A stretch of DNA of 64,000 nucleotides from a virus (IMGVR_UViG_3300027708_000022:98043-162042); one strand, 5' to 3'; positions 45,970 to 56,207 are shown, numbered from the stretch's first letter. The notes: a model not told the origin generated them from the sequence alone. Translations and numbers: made by a program.

Positions 45970-46641
45970 ATGAATATATATACTCCCCGCCTAATCTACT
46001 ACGTCTATGCCTATCTCAGACCAGATGGCACACCTTACTACATCGGTAAAGGTAAAGATAACAGAGCTTGGCAAAAATCTAAAGGTCATATCCCACCTAA
46101 TGATAACACAAGAATAATAATAATAGAGGCAAACTTAACCGAACTCGGAGCTTTTGCTCTTGAACGTAGAATGATTAAATGGTATGGTCGTAAGGATATT
46201 GGTACAGGTATTTTAAGAAATAAAACTGATGGAGGAGATGGCACCAGTGGTTACAAACAAACTGCCGATCACACTAATAAGATTAGATCCGCATTAATTG
46301 GAAGACCTAGTAAATATAAAGGAATTTTAAGACCAAGAACTGGACCATCAATTTCCAAAACAAAATTTGCTGCTAATAAAAAATATTCTACAGAAGAACG
46401 AAATAATGTGAGTATAGGAACAAAATTGGCTATGAGTGATTCAACTATAAAAACTAAATGTGCTGCCCCACATATAAGAGAGTGGATAATTACACTACCA
46501 ACTGACATAGAAATAAAAATCAAAAATCTAAATCAATTTTGTAGGGATAATAATCTAAATATTGCCACGATAAAGTCTGCTGCTAGAAATGGATGGAGAA
46601 CTTCATCGGGATACAGAGTGAGAAAAGTTAAATCTCTATAA
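45970..46641 (+). CDS. free-standing GIY-YIG homing endonuclease
   Basis: YYVYAYLR...PYYIGKG..NRA...E...I..YGR....[11 protein letters not shown]; NUMOD/HTH-like C-terminus. Confidence 0.85.
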   Translation: MNIYTPRLIYYVYAYLRPDGTPYYIGKGKDNRAWQKSKGHIPPNDNTRIIIIEANLTELGAFALERRMIKWYGRKDIGTGILRNKTDGGDGTSGYKQTADHTNKIRSALIGRPSKYKGILRPRTGPSISKTKFAANKKYSTEERNNVSIGTKLAMSDSTIKTKCAAPHIREWIITLPTDIEIKIKNLNQFCRDNNLNIATIKSAARNGWRTSSGYRVRKVKSL

Positions 46642-47476
46642 TCTTTGGGTAATAAGGATCATCTTCTTGAGATCCTCTTTCATGAAATACATAACCACGT
46701 GGGTTACAAACAATTCGTGTTTCACCAATCACATAATCAAATGTTTCGTGTGTATGACCATGAGTCCACAATTTGATTTGTGGATTATCCAAAATGAATT
46801 GTGATAAATCAGAACTATATCCACCATTCATCAATGTTTCATTTTGATATCTTGGGTGTGTAGAAAGCTTTGATGGTGCATGGTGACCAACAACAACAAA
46901 CTTTTGATTGTCTTTACCTCTAACAACATGGTGAATATAGTCGACCATTTTTTTATGGTCTTCCACAGCATCTTGAGGTGAAAACTTGGCCGTTCGCTCA
47001 TGGAATTGACCATCAGCATCACGAAATGAAACTTTCTTATTGCTATTTTTGACAAGACGAAAATCATTCATCATGCTACCGATAGCATTAAGTGTCATTG
47101 GATCACTTTCATTCATATCAGTCCACAAAGTTCCACCAATAAAGGTAACACCGTCAAGTGTGACCGTCTCTTTATCTAAGATGTGTAAATTTTGGAGATA
47201 ATGGAGATTGTATTTCAAATCTCTTAATGTGGTGGCAAAGTCACCATGATAGTGTTCATGGTTGCCGGTAATATAGATAACGTGCTTAAATTCACCAGAG
47301 CAATTCTTAAAGAATTCATGGATTGCCTCTGACTTGTCTCTCTGTGAACCTAATTCCAATAAGTCTTTAGCCACGCAGATATCACCTGAAAGAATCAGAA
47401 CATCAGCATTATCTTTATTGGTTAAAATTAAGCCACCAAATTCAAGGTGCAAATCGGAACAAACTGCAATTTTCAT
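46628..47476 (-). CDS. calcineurin-like metallophosphoesterase
   Basis: SDLH, GDI, GNHE, HHAP, HGHTH. Confidence 0.9.
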   Translation of the reverse strand: MKIAVCSDLHLEFGGLILTNKDNADVLILSGDICVAKDLLELGSQRDKSEAIHEFFKNCSGEFKHVIYITGNHEHYHGDFATTLRDLKYNLHYLQNLHILDKETVTLDGVTFIGGTLWTDMNESDPMTLNAIGSMMNDFRLVKNSNKKVSFRDADGQFHERTAKFSPQDAVEDHKKMVDYIHHVVRGKDNQKFVVVGHHAPSKLSTHPRYQNETLMNGGYSSDLSQFILDNPQIKLWTHGHTHETFDYVIGETRIVCNPRGYVFHERGSQEDDPYYPKIIEI

Positions 47477-47530
47477 AATATATCCTCACAATACCACCAT
47501 TATATCATAGTGGTAAATCAAATGCGGCAA

Positions 47531-47698
47531 TCATCCAATGACGTTGAAGGCTGCCTTATTAACTAAAAATGTCCTTGATGGATTATCTTCTGAGTGTACC
47601 TTGATAAACACCTTATCATCAACTAATGAAGTTTCATTAATATTATGGCAATAAACGATATCGCCTGTGTAGATGTTTTTTAGTTTCGTAGGTTTCAT
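47531..47698 (-). CDS. hypothetical protein (55 aa)
   Basis: Manual translation MKPTKLKNIYTGDIVYC...; fills the gap. Confidence 0.55.
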   Translation of the reverse strand: MKPTKLKNIYTGDIVYCHNINETSLVDDKVFIKVHSEDNPSRTFLVNKAAFNVIG

Positions 47699-47712
47699 AA
47701 TAAAAATCCATA

Positions 47713-48120
47713 TTAATGCATTTGGTCAGGTTTCTTACCAATGTTGTATTTGGTAACCAATTCCCATTCATTCTTTTCTTTGAACGATATAATCTTGATT
47801 TGATGTATCGGTGCAATGTTATCAATCATAATTTGTGGGTTTACAATAGTTACTAATCCCCATTCTTCCAATAACTTTGCAATAGCGTTACGTCTTTGTA
47901 TATCATTCTCAGATATGTTCGAAGGTTTACCATCTAATAAAAATAATTCTTTAAAGTGCGTTATGAAATATTGTCCTTGTTTATGGAGAATATGACATGA
48001 TTGGTACAACACTTTTTCTTTCCGTGAAGATACACCGATTCTGGTCAATGTCTCACGAACCTTCAAAAAATCATCCTGCTCGTTGAGTGTTACCTCAACA
48101 AACTGTTTTAAATCTACCAT
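47713..48120 (-). CDS. regA: translational repressor RegA
   Basis: DDFLKVRETLTRIG, LYQSCHILHKQG.Y.I.HFKELF. Confidence 0.95.
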   Translation of the reverse strand: MVDLKQFVEVTLNEQDDFLKVRETLTRIGVSSRKEKVLYQSCHILHKQGQYFITHFKELFLLDGKPSNISENDIQRRNAIAKLLEEWGLVTIVNPQIMIDNIAPIHQIKIISFKEKNEWELVTKYNIGKKPDQMH

Positions 48121-48125
48121 GATGC

Positions 48126-48503
48126 TTATCCACCTGTATCGGTTTTCTCTTTTAATAGTTGGATTTGTTCATCACTTAGTAGGCGTAAAGCTTCAATAGC
48201 TTTGGAATCAGACAGACCGTAGGCCAGTTTAACACATTCTATATCTTCACTTTTTTCAGACTTAACCCACTTTGCGAAAGGTCTTTTCTTTGACCTAATC
48301 GTATTTAGTAGGAAATCATTTTGAAGCTTTTTATCTAGAAAGTGTCTCCGGTTCATTTCATTGGCATACATTATACAGTCGGAATGATAAGATAACGACC
48401 GATTAACAATAAAAGGTAGATACTCTTTTTCTGTTAATTCATCAACAATAATTTCTTTCTTATTCTGGAGAATGGCATTTACATAATCAAAAGGATTACT
48501 CAT
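48126..48503 (-). CDS. gp62: clamp loader small subunit
   Basis: YLPFIVNRSLS...ANEMN; synteny. Confidence 0.88.
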   Translation of the reverse strand: MSNPFDYVNAILQNKKEIIVDELTEKEYLPFIVNRSLSYHSDCIMYANEMNRRHFLDKKLQNDFLLNTIRSKKRPFAKWVKSEKSEDIECVKLAYGLSDSKAIEALRLLSDEQIQLLKEKTDTGG

Positions 48504-48784
48504 AACATTCTCACTAGACCGATTGTATCAATAGTTGTTAACAAGATGTAGTTAGCAAGCATCCCAAATGATTTCCGAGTATAACTAGCCCAAGCATACA
48601 TGGCACAACCAGCGATCCAAACAGGATACAGAGCCAGAAGAGGAGGATTTGGGACGGTAAGTGCCATGGTAATTGAACAAGCAATGCTAATAGCCCAAGC
48701 CAACAACTCAACAATAAAACGAAACCGATGAGAAGTAAAGTCATCTTTTATCCATGAAAAGGTATTTAGAATTATGGTGTTCAT
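48500..48784 (-). CDS. small multi-TM membrane protein
   Basis: Three hydrophobic segments; inserted between gp44 and gp62. Confidence 0.65.
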   Translation of the reverse strand: MNTIILNTFSWIKDDFTSHRFRFIVELLAWAISIACSITMALTVPNPPLLALYPVWIAGCAMYAWASYTRKSFGMLANYILLTTIDTIGLVRML

Positions 48785-49716
48785 TTAAACTCACACCCAA
48801 CCATGATTTCCGTAAGACAAGCCACAGTATTTATCTCAGAATCAGCTACGAATGCCTGTTTGTACTGATAATCAGCCAAAATAATTACGGCTTGTGGAAT
48901 ACTTTGTGGCTTTAAAACATCATACAGGTTATCATAGATTTTACGGAAGAATGTTGTTGCATCAATATCATTGCTAGCAACCCACTTACGAATAGCACCA
49001 AAGTCTTTGTCTTTGATGTATTTGATAATATCACCTATTGATACTTCCACTATATGTGCAAGAATGCCACTATCAATCTTACCAAACTGTGAGTACCTTT
49101 GTAACTCATTAATCACACGGCGAAAGTCTGGAAAGTGTTTCTTAACCAATTCGACAACAACCTTGTCCTCATACTCAATATTTTCACTTCGTAAAATTGA
49201 TTGAATTCTCTTAAAGAATTGAGTGGCCATCTGTGCCTTCTCATTGTTCTTTAGTGCAAAGTCAATAACTGCACAACGACTGTGCAAAGGGTCAATGATA
49301 CGATTCTTAAAGTTACAAGTGAAAATGAACGAGCAGTTACCAGCAAACTCTTCAATTGCATTACGCAAAGCAGGTTGGGTTGAATTTGGATTCAAGTAGT
49401 CAGCTTCATCAATGATGATGACCTTACGACCACCTGCAAGAGACATAGACGATGCAAAGTTTTTAATCTTCACACGAAATGTATCAATACCAGATTCATC
49501 CGAACCGTTAATGACCAGATAATCACAACCAATTTCTTCACACATGGCTTTAGCAACTGTAGTTTTACCTACACCTGCACCACCAGCTAGAAGAAGGTTG
49601 GGTATATTACTTTGCGTGACATACTCCTGAAACGGTGTTTTCAACCGTTCAGGAAGAATACAGTCAGCAATCTTTTTAGGACGGTATTTCTCCGTAAATA
49701 ATAAATGTTCCATCAT
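48781..49716 (-). CDS. gp44: clamp loader large subunit
   Basis: EKYRP, GGAGVGKT, IIDEAD, LHSRC. Confidence 0.95.
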   Translation of the reverse strand: MMEHLLFTEKYRPKKIADCILPERLKTPFQEYVTQSNIPNLLLAGGAGVGKTTVAKAMCEEIGCDYLVINGSDESGIDTFRVKIKNFASSMSLAGGRKVIIIDEADYLNPNSTQPALRNAIEEFAGNCSFIFTCNFKNRIIDPLHSRCAVIDFALKNNEKAQMATQFFKRIQSILRSENIEYEDKVVVELVKKHFPDFRRVINELQRYSQFGKIDSGILAHIVEVSIGDIIKYIKDKDFGAIRKWVASNDIDATTFFRKIYDNLYDVLKPQSIPQAVIILADYQYKQAFVADSEINTVACLTEIMVGCEFK

Positions 49717-49745
49717 TCACAAACTCCATAATATAAAATAAAAAC

Positions 49746-49946
49746 TCAGAAACCACGATTCATACTAGCAACAACATCAAGGTAAGGTTCTTCAACAGTC
49801 CATGTATTGTTACCAATGCCATAGATTGCAGTTACTTTCTCTTCTTCTTCATTTAGAATTTCAAAAACACTAATCACATGGTCAGGGTTAATGGCGATGG
49901 AATCTGTAGCATTACCCTTGAAGCTATTTGTAAAGTAGACTAGCAT
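49746..49946 (-). CDS. hypothetical protein (FlbD-like?)
   Basis: IAINPDHVISV...T.I...W.VEE. Confidence 0.55.
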   Translation of the reverse strand: MLVYFTNSFKGNATDSIAINPDHVISVFEILNEEEEKVTAIYGIGNNTWTVEEPYLDVVASMNRGF

Positions 49947-49947
49947 A

Positions 49948-50631
49948 TTAAGCCTTTGTAAAAGTAGAACCAGTCTCAGTAGAGACCCAGTACTGAAGGT
50001 TTACAGTCTTGTGTTTGAAATTTGAAATGCCTTTTGATGAGATTTGAACATCATATCCACCGGAAAGCAACTTTGCAATATGCTCTGTCTTAAAGATGAA
50101 ACGGAACTTATCACCATTACCAGCAGAAACTTCAAGTGCATCAGTGTGTGCTGAGCTATCTGCACTATCAAATGTCAACAAAGTGACTTTCTCACCATCA
50201 GATTCAACAGCAAGTTGTGGTGAACCAAGAGCACCGGCTGCATTCATAACCCATTTGAAATCTTCATCAGACAATGTGAATGAGACCTCTGGATCAGGCA
50301 TGGCCAATTCTCTATCAGGTGGTGAATTGATGGAACTTGGCTCACAGAAACGATATCGAATCTTACTGCGACCTTTGTTGCCAACAATCTTAACTTCTTT
50401 CTCTGAAAACTCAAAGGTTGGGGCATCTTTGTGTAGAGAAACAACAGACAAAAATTTGTTCAAATCATAGATACCAAACTCATTTGGAACATCTTCTTTG
50501 ATTGTAACCTGAGCAAGAATGTTCTTACCAGAAGAAATTGTCTTTAAAACATTACCTTTCTTAAAAAGGATACCTTGGTTAATCTTACCAAAGTTTTTCA
50601 ATACTTCAATTGTATCCGTAGATAACTGCAT
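49948..50631 (-). CDS. gp45: sliding clamp
   Basis: LS..T..VLKNF..IN, FGIYDLN.FL; synteny. Confidence 0.92.
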   Translation of the reverse strand: MQLSTDTIEVLKNFGKINQGILFKKGNVLKTISSGKNILAQVTIKEDVPNEFGIYDLNKFLSVVSLHKDAPTFEFSEKEVKIVGNKGRSKIRYRFCEPSSINSPPDRELAMPDPEVSFTLSDEDFKWVMNAAGALGSPQLAVESDGEKVTLLTFDSADSSAHTDALEVSAGNGDKFRFIFKTEHIAKLLSGGYDVQISSKGISNFKHKTVNLQYWVSTETGSTFTKA

Positions 50632-50660
50632 AATATACTCCATATTGTAATTGAAACACC

Positions 50661-50689
50661 ATTATACTACATCACTTTATAAATTGCAA
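50661..50689 (-). promoter_or_regulatory. sigma70-like promoter upstream of gp45
   Basis: TTGCAA-17-TATAAT. Confidence 0.65.
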
Positions 50690-51280
50690 TACTCTTTCTA
50701 CATCTTTGCCTAAGTCTTGAATCGTACCATTGTTGGTAATCGTGTAATCAAATTCACAGCCTACCCAATCCCATTCCGATTTATGGATAAGTTCATGCAA
50801 CATGAACTTGGTTCTTTCGGTATCTAATTGAATTTTTTCTAAATGTTTAAACCAATCTGGATCTACACCACGTTTGACACGAATAACGATACCACCATTG
50901 TCTTGGATGTATTTAATTTCATTTTGAAATCGAACATCAGTAACAACTACATCTTTACCTTTTGCACGGTTCAGTAACGAAATGACCCAAATATCTTTAT
51001 GAAAGACCTCACGACCTGCCTCGGTGCCCATCTTCTGTAAAGCTTCACGAGGAGTAAATTCACGGCCGAATTTTTCACTCCAATAGGAATCAGGTTCTTC
51101 ACGCCACTTTCGGCTCATCTCGGTATCTCCCTCAAGGAGTTCCCGAGACCAACCAAACATTACTGCACAAGCATCTTTAAGTGGTTTGGCGAAACTGTCT
51201 TTGATGAAACCCTTTTGTTCAAGAATATCACCGACAGTTCCCTTGCCTGATCCGATAAAACCAACCAAACCAATTATCAT
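50672..51280 (-). CDS. deoxynucleoside monophosphate kinase (T4 gp1-like)
   Basis: GFIGSGKGT, FAKPLK, R..LQ..GTE..R, DVRF.NE. Confidence 0.9.
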   Translation of the reverse strand: MIIGLVGFIGSGKGTVGDILEQKGFIKDSFAKPLKDACAVMFGWSRELLEGDTEMSRKWREEPDSYWSEKFGREFTPREALQKMGTEAGREVFHKDIWVISLLNRAKGKDVVVTDVRFQNEIKYIQDNGGIVIRVKRGVDPDWFKHLEKIQLDTERTKFMLHELIHKSEWDWVGCEFDYTITNNGTIQDLGKDVERVLQFIK

Positions 51281-52092
51281 AATTTACCAGTATACTGAGC
51301 AACAGCAGGCATATTACCGCTAAAGGCATATGAACCAATATGTTGTAGTTTCATCCATGGGCATAGGTGAATCTTACCACCAATCTTACGCCACATTTGG
51401 CAGAACATATAGTCCTCTGACAGGTACCTTTCACTACCACCGCCTGTGATAGATTCTTTGGTGTCAATTACTGTATCAAAGTAAGCATGAATGTATCGTG
51501 AACCATCAAAGTTAGCCTGACCAACATGATCTGGTTTATATTTGATAAGTGGGTATGCTTCTTGCATCATATCAAATACATGACGTTTAATCAGCATATG
51601 TCCTGTACCAATCTCCATCACTTCTAATGGGTCTGATACTTGAAATGATTGTGTGCCTTTTACTACATTGAAAACATATTCACCAACCAACTCTTGCAAT
51701 GTTCCGGGATCCATTTCAGGATGTGCTCTTGCTGCAGCAGCAATATTACCCCAATTAATAGATTTCTTGGGATATGGACCACCAACAACATCTTTATCTA
51801 GAGCTAAAAGTGCAAGAACATCTTGTGGTGAGTAATGAATATCTGAGTCGATGAATAACAAATGAGTATATCCTGAACGGAGAAACTCATCAACTAGGTA
51901 ATTACGAGCGCGGGTAATAAGTGATTCATTAAACAAAAAGGAGAATCGTGTTTCGATTCCATACTTGTTAAATGTTGTTTGTAAATCTAAACAGGACTTC
52001 ATATAAAGTCCATGTGCCATACCGCCGTACATGGGTGTGGCAATAAAAATTTTATTCTTTTTTAATTCTTCAATATTGACTTGAATTTCCAT
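51277..52092 (-). CDS. GT-A fold glycosyltransferase-like protein
   Basis: IATPMYGG, ESLITRARN, LFIDSDI, GTG.MLI.R, SEDY.FC. Confidence 0.75.
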   Translation of the reverse strand: MEIQVNIEELKKNKIFIATPMYGGMAHGLYMKSCLDLQTTFNKYGIETRFSFLFNESLITRARNYLVDEFLRSGYTHLLFIDSDIHYSPQDVLALLALDKDVVGGPYPKKSINWGNIAAAARAHPEMDPGTLQELVGEYVFNVVKGTQSFQVSDPLEVMEIGTGHMLIKRHVFDMMQEAYPLIKYKPDHVGQANFDGSRYIHAYFDTVIDTKESITGGGSERYLSEDYMFCQMWRKIGGKIHLCPWMKLQHIGSYAFSGNMPAVAQYTGKL

Positions 52093-52104
52093 AGTGTATC
52101 CATA

Positions 52105-52143
52105 AAATAAAAAAAGGAGAGATACTAATATATATCTCTCCTT
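52105..52143 (-). terminator. intrinsic terminator
   Basis: 11-bp stem AAGGAGAGATA/TATCTCTCCTT followed by a T-run on the minus strand. Confidence 0.7.
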
Positions 52144-52164
52144 GCTCAACAAAACGCCGTTAAA

Positions 52165-52437
52165 TTAGGCGAATGTTGATTCACCGCTATGACGTAATGC
52201 CATAATACCTGCGGCAACCATACGTTTAGTTGGTGTGCCGAGGCGATAGAAAGAAACTTTCTCACCATTGGTGTTGATTCGGTTGTTCAGGTAAATTGCA
52301 TGACCTTCTTTACGCAAATCATTGACAGTAGCGCTTGGGTTTTTTACACCAAACTTAGCAGCCATCTGATTGGCGGTAAGTGTGTTGTATGTGCTGTCTT
52401 TGGTCAGGTAAGAGAGGACTTTTGATTTTGCTGACAT
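52165..52437 (-). CDS. winged-HTH DNA-binding protein
   Basis: LTANQMAAKFGVKNPSATVNDLRKEG..IY...YRLG. Confidence 0.75.
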   Translation of the reverse strand: MSAKSKVLSYLTKDSTYNTLTANQMAAKFGVKNPSATVNDLRKEGHAIYLNNRINTNGEKVSFYRLGTPTKRMVAAGIMALRHSGESTFA

Positions 52438-52566
52438 TGTATAACTCCATAATTTAAAATGAATCACTTGCAAAAAAATCTTATCTGAGGTGTGATTCGA
52501 ACCTCTAGATAAGATACCATTATATCATAAAGAATACTCATGTGTGGCAGACATGAGCATCATTAC

Positions 52567-53769
52567 CTAGAAAGGAATTTCTTCTGAAGGTTTAACTTCT
52601 TCGGCAACAACCGTTTGTGCCAAAATGGATTCGGTATTTGCACCTGCATCAACTTTCGTATACAGGTCAAGGAAAGACATTTTGGTATCGTCATCAAAAC
52701 GATTCAAGCACAACTCAATGGCTTTCATTCGATTACCGAATACACCATAAGTTTTTGAAATATGCACCAAACGGCGAGTAGAAATCACTTCATCAACTCC
52801 GCCTTCTACGAAAGTTTTACGAATCACATCTGCCCAAGTAACAAGTTTCTCGGCAAATTCATCATCGGCTTTACCAAATGATGTTAATTCTTTCTTGATA
52901 ATCTTACGCTCAACGGCAACTGGAGGCCAGTCTTGTTCGTATGTATTAAGGAATCGTTCAAGGAAGGCTTCGTTAAGGACATTGGTGAACATATAACGAC
53001 CATCTTCTGAACCTTTACCTTTTGTATTTGCAGTAGCAACAATGGTAAAACCTTCAGCAGGAACCACATTCTCATTCTTCTTTTTCAACAAGAATGGTTT
53101 GCCTTCAAGTACACGCTGCAAGCAGGAAAGGTTCTGAGCACCGTAATCAATTTCATCAATACACAATACAGCACCTTGACGAGCAGCAACCGTAACCGGG
53201 CCGTCACGCCATTCCATCTGACCGTTAATCAGAATAAAGTTACCAAGTAAATCACTTTCATCGGTTTCAGGTGTCATTGAAACGCAAATAAACTTGCGAC
53301 CAACTTTGGCACAAGCTTGCTCAACAGACATTGTTTTACCATTACCTGAATGACCAGTAATGAAGATTGGATAAAATTGGTTTGATGAAATGATTTTCAA
53401 CAAGTCATCATAGTTACCAAACGGCACATAATTTTTGTATACCTTGGGAACCAGATTTTCTGTTTCAAGGTCGGTAACAATATTCGCAATACGATTACCA
53501 ACAACCGGTTGGATTTCTGTTTGTTTCGGCATCTTAATAACCTGTGCTGTCATATCAATTGTAGCTGCGGCAGGCACAGCGCTAAAATTAGGGACTCGAT
53601 ACAAACCACGACCAACTCGATTCGATTCTTCCCGTGTAAACCAAGGTGCTGAAGAAATACCAATTTCTGAGCAAATCTGTTTAATTTCAGATTTGGTTAC
53701 GGTATCTTTACCGAGGTTTGTAAGCAAAGCGAAAAACTTCTCACGGACTTCAATTTTAGTGGTACGCAT
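52567..53769 (-). CDS. MoxR/CobS-like AAA+ ATPase
   Basis: GHSGNGKT, LCIDEID, ATANTKG, AFLERF, ISTRRL. Confidence 0.9.
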   Translation of the reverse strand: MRTTKIEVREKFFALLTNLGKDTVTKSEIKQICSEIGISSAPWFTREESNRVGRGLYRVPNFSAVPAAATIDMTAQVIKMPKQTEIQPVVGNRIANIVTDLETENLVPKVYKNYVPFGNYDDLLKIISSNQFYPIFITGHSGNGKTMSVEQACAKVGRKFICVSMTPETDESDLLGNFILINGQMEWRDGPVTVAARQGAVLCIDEIDYGAQNLSCLQRVLEGKPFLLKKKNENVVPAEGFTIVATANTKGKGSEDGRYMFTNVLNEAFLERFLNTYEQDWPPVAVERKIIKKELTSFGKADDEFAEKLVTWADVIRKTFVEGGVDEVISTRRLVHISKTYGVFGNRMKAIELCLNRFDDDTKMSFLDLYTKVDAGANTESILAQTVVAEEVKPSEEIPF

Positions 53770-53798
53770 TTAAAACTCCAAATTTCACTAGAACTTCC

Positions 53799-53828
53799 AT
53801 TATACAATAAGATAGTACTGCCTGTCAA
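53799..53828 (-). promoter_or_regulatory. consensus sigma70-like promoter
   Basis: TTGACA-18-TATAAT. Confidence 0.7.
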
Positions 53829-53834
53829 GGCCTT

Positions 53835-53852
53835 TGTTGTAAAAATACAACA
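53835..53852. promoter_or_regulatory. operator-like palindrome TGTTG-N8-CAACA
   Basis: TGTTGTAAAAATACAACA just upstream of the -35 box; recurs at 56494. Confidence 0.55.
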
Positions 53853-53854
53853 GT

Positions 53855-56179
53855 CTAGGCAGCAATACCATCAATGAACCGGTTAACCATCACTCGATTA
53901 ACTTGTTTCTTTTTGTTCATTTTCATAAACGCATTTTTCAATTTACTTGCCGTAACAGCACCAGTAACCGACAATTCATCATCTTCAATACCCAATTCTG
54001 AACCACCAGGCATCATAAAGAATGCATCATAACCAGGATTGAAAGATTCAAGGAACTTTTCACTCTTCAGTTTCTTACTTAAACTCTGAACAAATTCAGA
54101 ACGGTGATATTGCCAATGTGTATACTGAAAATCTTCATTGCAAATCTGTTTAATAGTACGACCTTTTTTATCGTAGTATTTGTTTGTAATAGAGATTGCT
54201 AAATTACGACCAGTTTCAGTAATAAAGAAACCAAAAATCTTAGCACCAGTCACAGCACGGAACCAATCAAAAATTGCAACACGCAAACTATCATCAATAT
54301 TGTAATGACTTTCGTTGTAATGAAAGTCAAGTTTGATTTGCAACTTTGAATCACGGTCTTTAATGTAAATATTCTCAATACGTGCTTGAAACCGTTTTGC
54401 TTCATATGGCAATTTGTTAAAATCTGTTTTTGACACCTCACGAGATTTAGTAACAAAATCGGCAGTATCAGCATCACCGTCATGTACGATTACAAGGTTA
54501 ACCAAATCAAGGTTGTTCATTTTGCGGAATTGTTTTGTAATTGAACCAAGAGCAACCATTGCCTGAACCAAAGGAGTATTACCCATAGATTCAGTAATAG
54601 GGATACCATGGCGAGATCCAGAATTATAAGCACTACGTAGAGCAATCATATTGCGAACAGCACCATTAAATTCAGCACCACTCATTTTAGAATTGAGGTA
54701 CTCTCGCAGATAAACTGGTTGCAAGTACAAAGAACCTTCTTCATAAGTAAAACCAGATTCTGGTGCTTGGCCTTTAAAATCAAATTTGCGAGCCGTTTGT
54801 GAATCGCCGAAACCATACACGACAAATGGAATATTCACTTTACGGCAGAACATGGTAAGAACCAAAATCTGTTCAATAGAAGCACCCATATTACCACGCA
54901 TAGAACCAGAGCAATCAAGCAACAGAACCAGTCCATGTGATTTGCCTTTTGGCACTCGCATGATTTTTTTGAAAATGTTATCTTCAACTTTATACTTGTA
55001 AAGTTTACCAATATCAATATCACCTGTGTTGGACACTTTGGCCTTTGCATATGACCGAGCAGCTTTCTTCATTTCAAATTCTTTTGCAAGCAGACCAATG
55101 TACCGGTCATTTTTCAATTTGAATTCTTTTACCAATGCATTACATTCAGCAACCTTTTGTTCTCTTTTATCAAAATAAAATTCATGCAAATGCTGATGCA
55201 CAACCTTAGCTGGTGTAACAATTTTTTCCAAATCTACTTGTGGAATTTTAGTATAAACAAAGGGACGGCATTTTTCATTAACCAGTTCCACTTCTTTATT
55301 GCGAAAGGCTTCATCTGTGGTGCAAACAGGTTCAAAATCATCATCAACATTTGGCTTTGAATCTTTGACACGATTCAATACAGAACCTTGTTGGTCGCCA
55401 GATTCACCTTCACCGTTTTCACCATCACCATCTTCTTCCGATTCTTCATCAGAATCACCAGATTTGTCAGAGGATTCAGCATCGCCGTCATCCGATTCTT
55501 CACCATCTTCACCAGAAGAAGAATCATCAGAATCGTAATCTGAGGAATCCGAATCACTATCATCAAATTCAGATTCACCGTTTGGATCAGGCAAGAAAAA
55601 TTGTTGTTGTGTTTCAAATTGCTCATCTTTCGAGTAACCGAAAACAACTTCAGTAACACGAACAACATCTTCCCATGTTTCACAATCTTCCACATCATTG
55701 ACCATTTTCACTTCTTCATCGGTGAAATTGATAACAATGGTGCCAGCAGATTTGGTGTAAATGTTTAAACGGTCGATGAATGATAATTCATTAACGTCAC
55801 GGGTTTTAATACCGAAGAAGTCACGGTCTAAAAGGCTTTGGTAACCTTTGACGAAAGACTGGCGAATGCCAGGATATTTGCGTTTGATTTTCTTTTCAAT
55901 ACGGGCATCTTCAACAACATTCAAGAAGCCTTTGAAATTACGACCACGACCTGAGATAGCATCATGCCATCCTTCAGCAGGTGTATATCGTGCATGACCA
56001 ACTTCATGACCTAGCAACAGGTCGTACAAATCGCCCGACATATCTTTCCAAATAGGACAGTATAAAATACGATTCGTTGGATCAAACCTTGCCGTAGAGA
56101 TTTTATCATGTACGATAGTCAGGTTTTCGGTGGCAAGTAATTTTGCCAATTGCGATTTCGTTTCAACAGTAAATGTCAT
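53855..56179 (-). CDS. HExxH-domain plus acidic linker plus VWA protein (CobT-like partner of the AAA ATPase)
   Basis: GHEVGH, NVVEDARIE, D/E/S-rich linker, LLLDCSGSM MIDAS, GNTPL, HDGD. Confidence 0.85.
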   Translation of the reverse strand: MTFTVETKSQLAKLLATENLTIVHDKISTARFDPTNRILYCPIWKDMSGDLYDLLLGHEVGHARYTPAEGWHDAISGRGRNFKGFLNVVEDARIEKKIKRKYPGIRQSFVKGYQSLLDRDFFGIKTRDVNELSFIDRLNIYTKSAGTIVINFTDEEVKMVNDVEDCETWEDVVRVTEVVFGYSKDEQFETQQQFFLPDPNGESEFDDSDSDSSDYDSDDSSSGEDGEESDDGDAESSDKSGDSDEESEEDGDGENGEGESGDQQGSVLNRVKDSKPNVDDDFEPVCTTDEAFRNKEVELVNEKCRPFVYTKIPQVDLEKIVTPAKVVHQHLHEFYFDKREQKVAECNALVKEFKLKNDRYIGLLAKEFEMKKAARSYAKAKVSNTGDIDIGKLYKYKVEDNIFKKIMRVPKGKSHGLVLLLDCSGSMRGNMGASIEQILVLTMFCRKVNIPFVVYGFGDSQTARKFDFKGQAPESGFTYEEGSLYLQPVYLREYLNSKMSGAEFNGAVRNMIALRSAYNSGSRHGIPITESMGNTPLVQAMVALGSITKQFRKMNNLDLVNLVIVHDGDADTADFVTKSREVSKTDFNKLPYEAKRFQARIENIYIKDRDSKLQIKLDFHYNESHYNIDDSLRVAIFDWFRAVTGAKIFGFFITETGRNLAISITNKYYDKKGRTIKQICNEDFQYTHWQYHRSEFVQSLSKKLKSEKFLESFNPGYDAFFMMPGGSELGIEDDELSVTGAVTASKLKNAFMKMNKKKQVNRVMVNRFIDGIAA

Positions 56180-56207
56180 AGTACGCTTTTTCTCATTAAG
56201 AACAACC

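Noticed and set aside
55375-55600. Repetitive tcatc/gaatc tract as a DNA repeat array
   Set aside because: Explained by the D/E/S/G-rich linker of the VWA protein; no fixed period.
52567-56179. Cobalamin biosynthesis (cobS/cobT)
   Set aside because: No cobN or other cob genes in the window; generic MoxR-VWA architecture.
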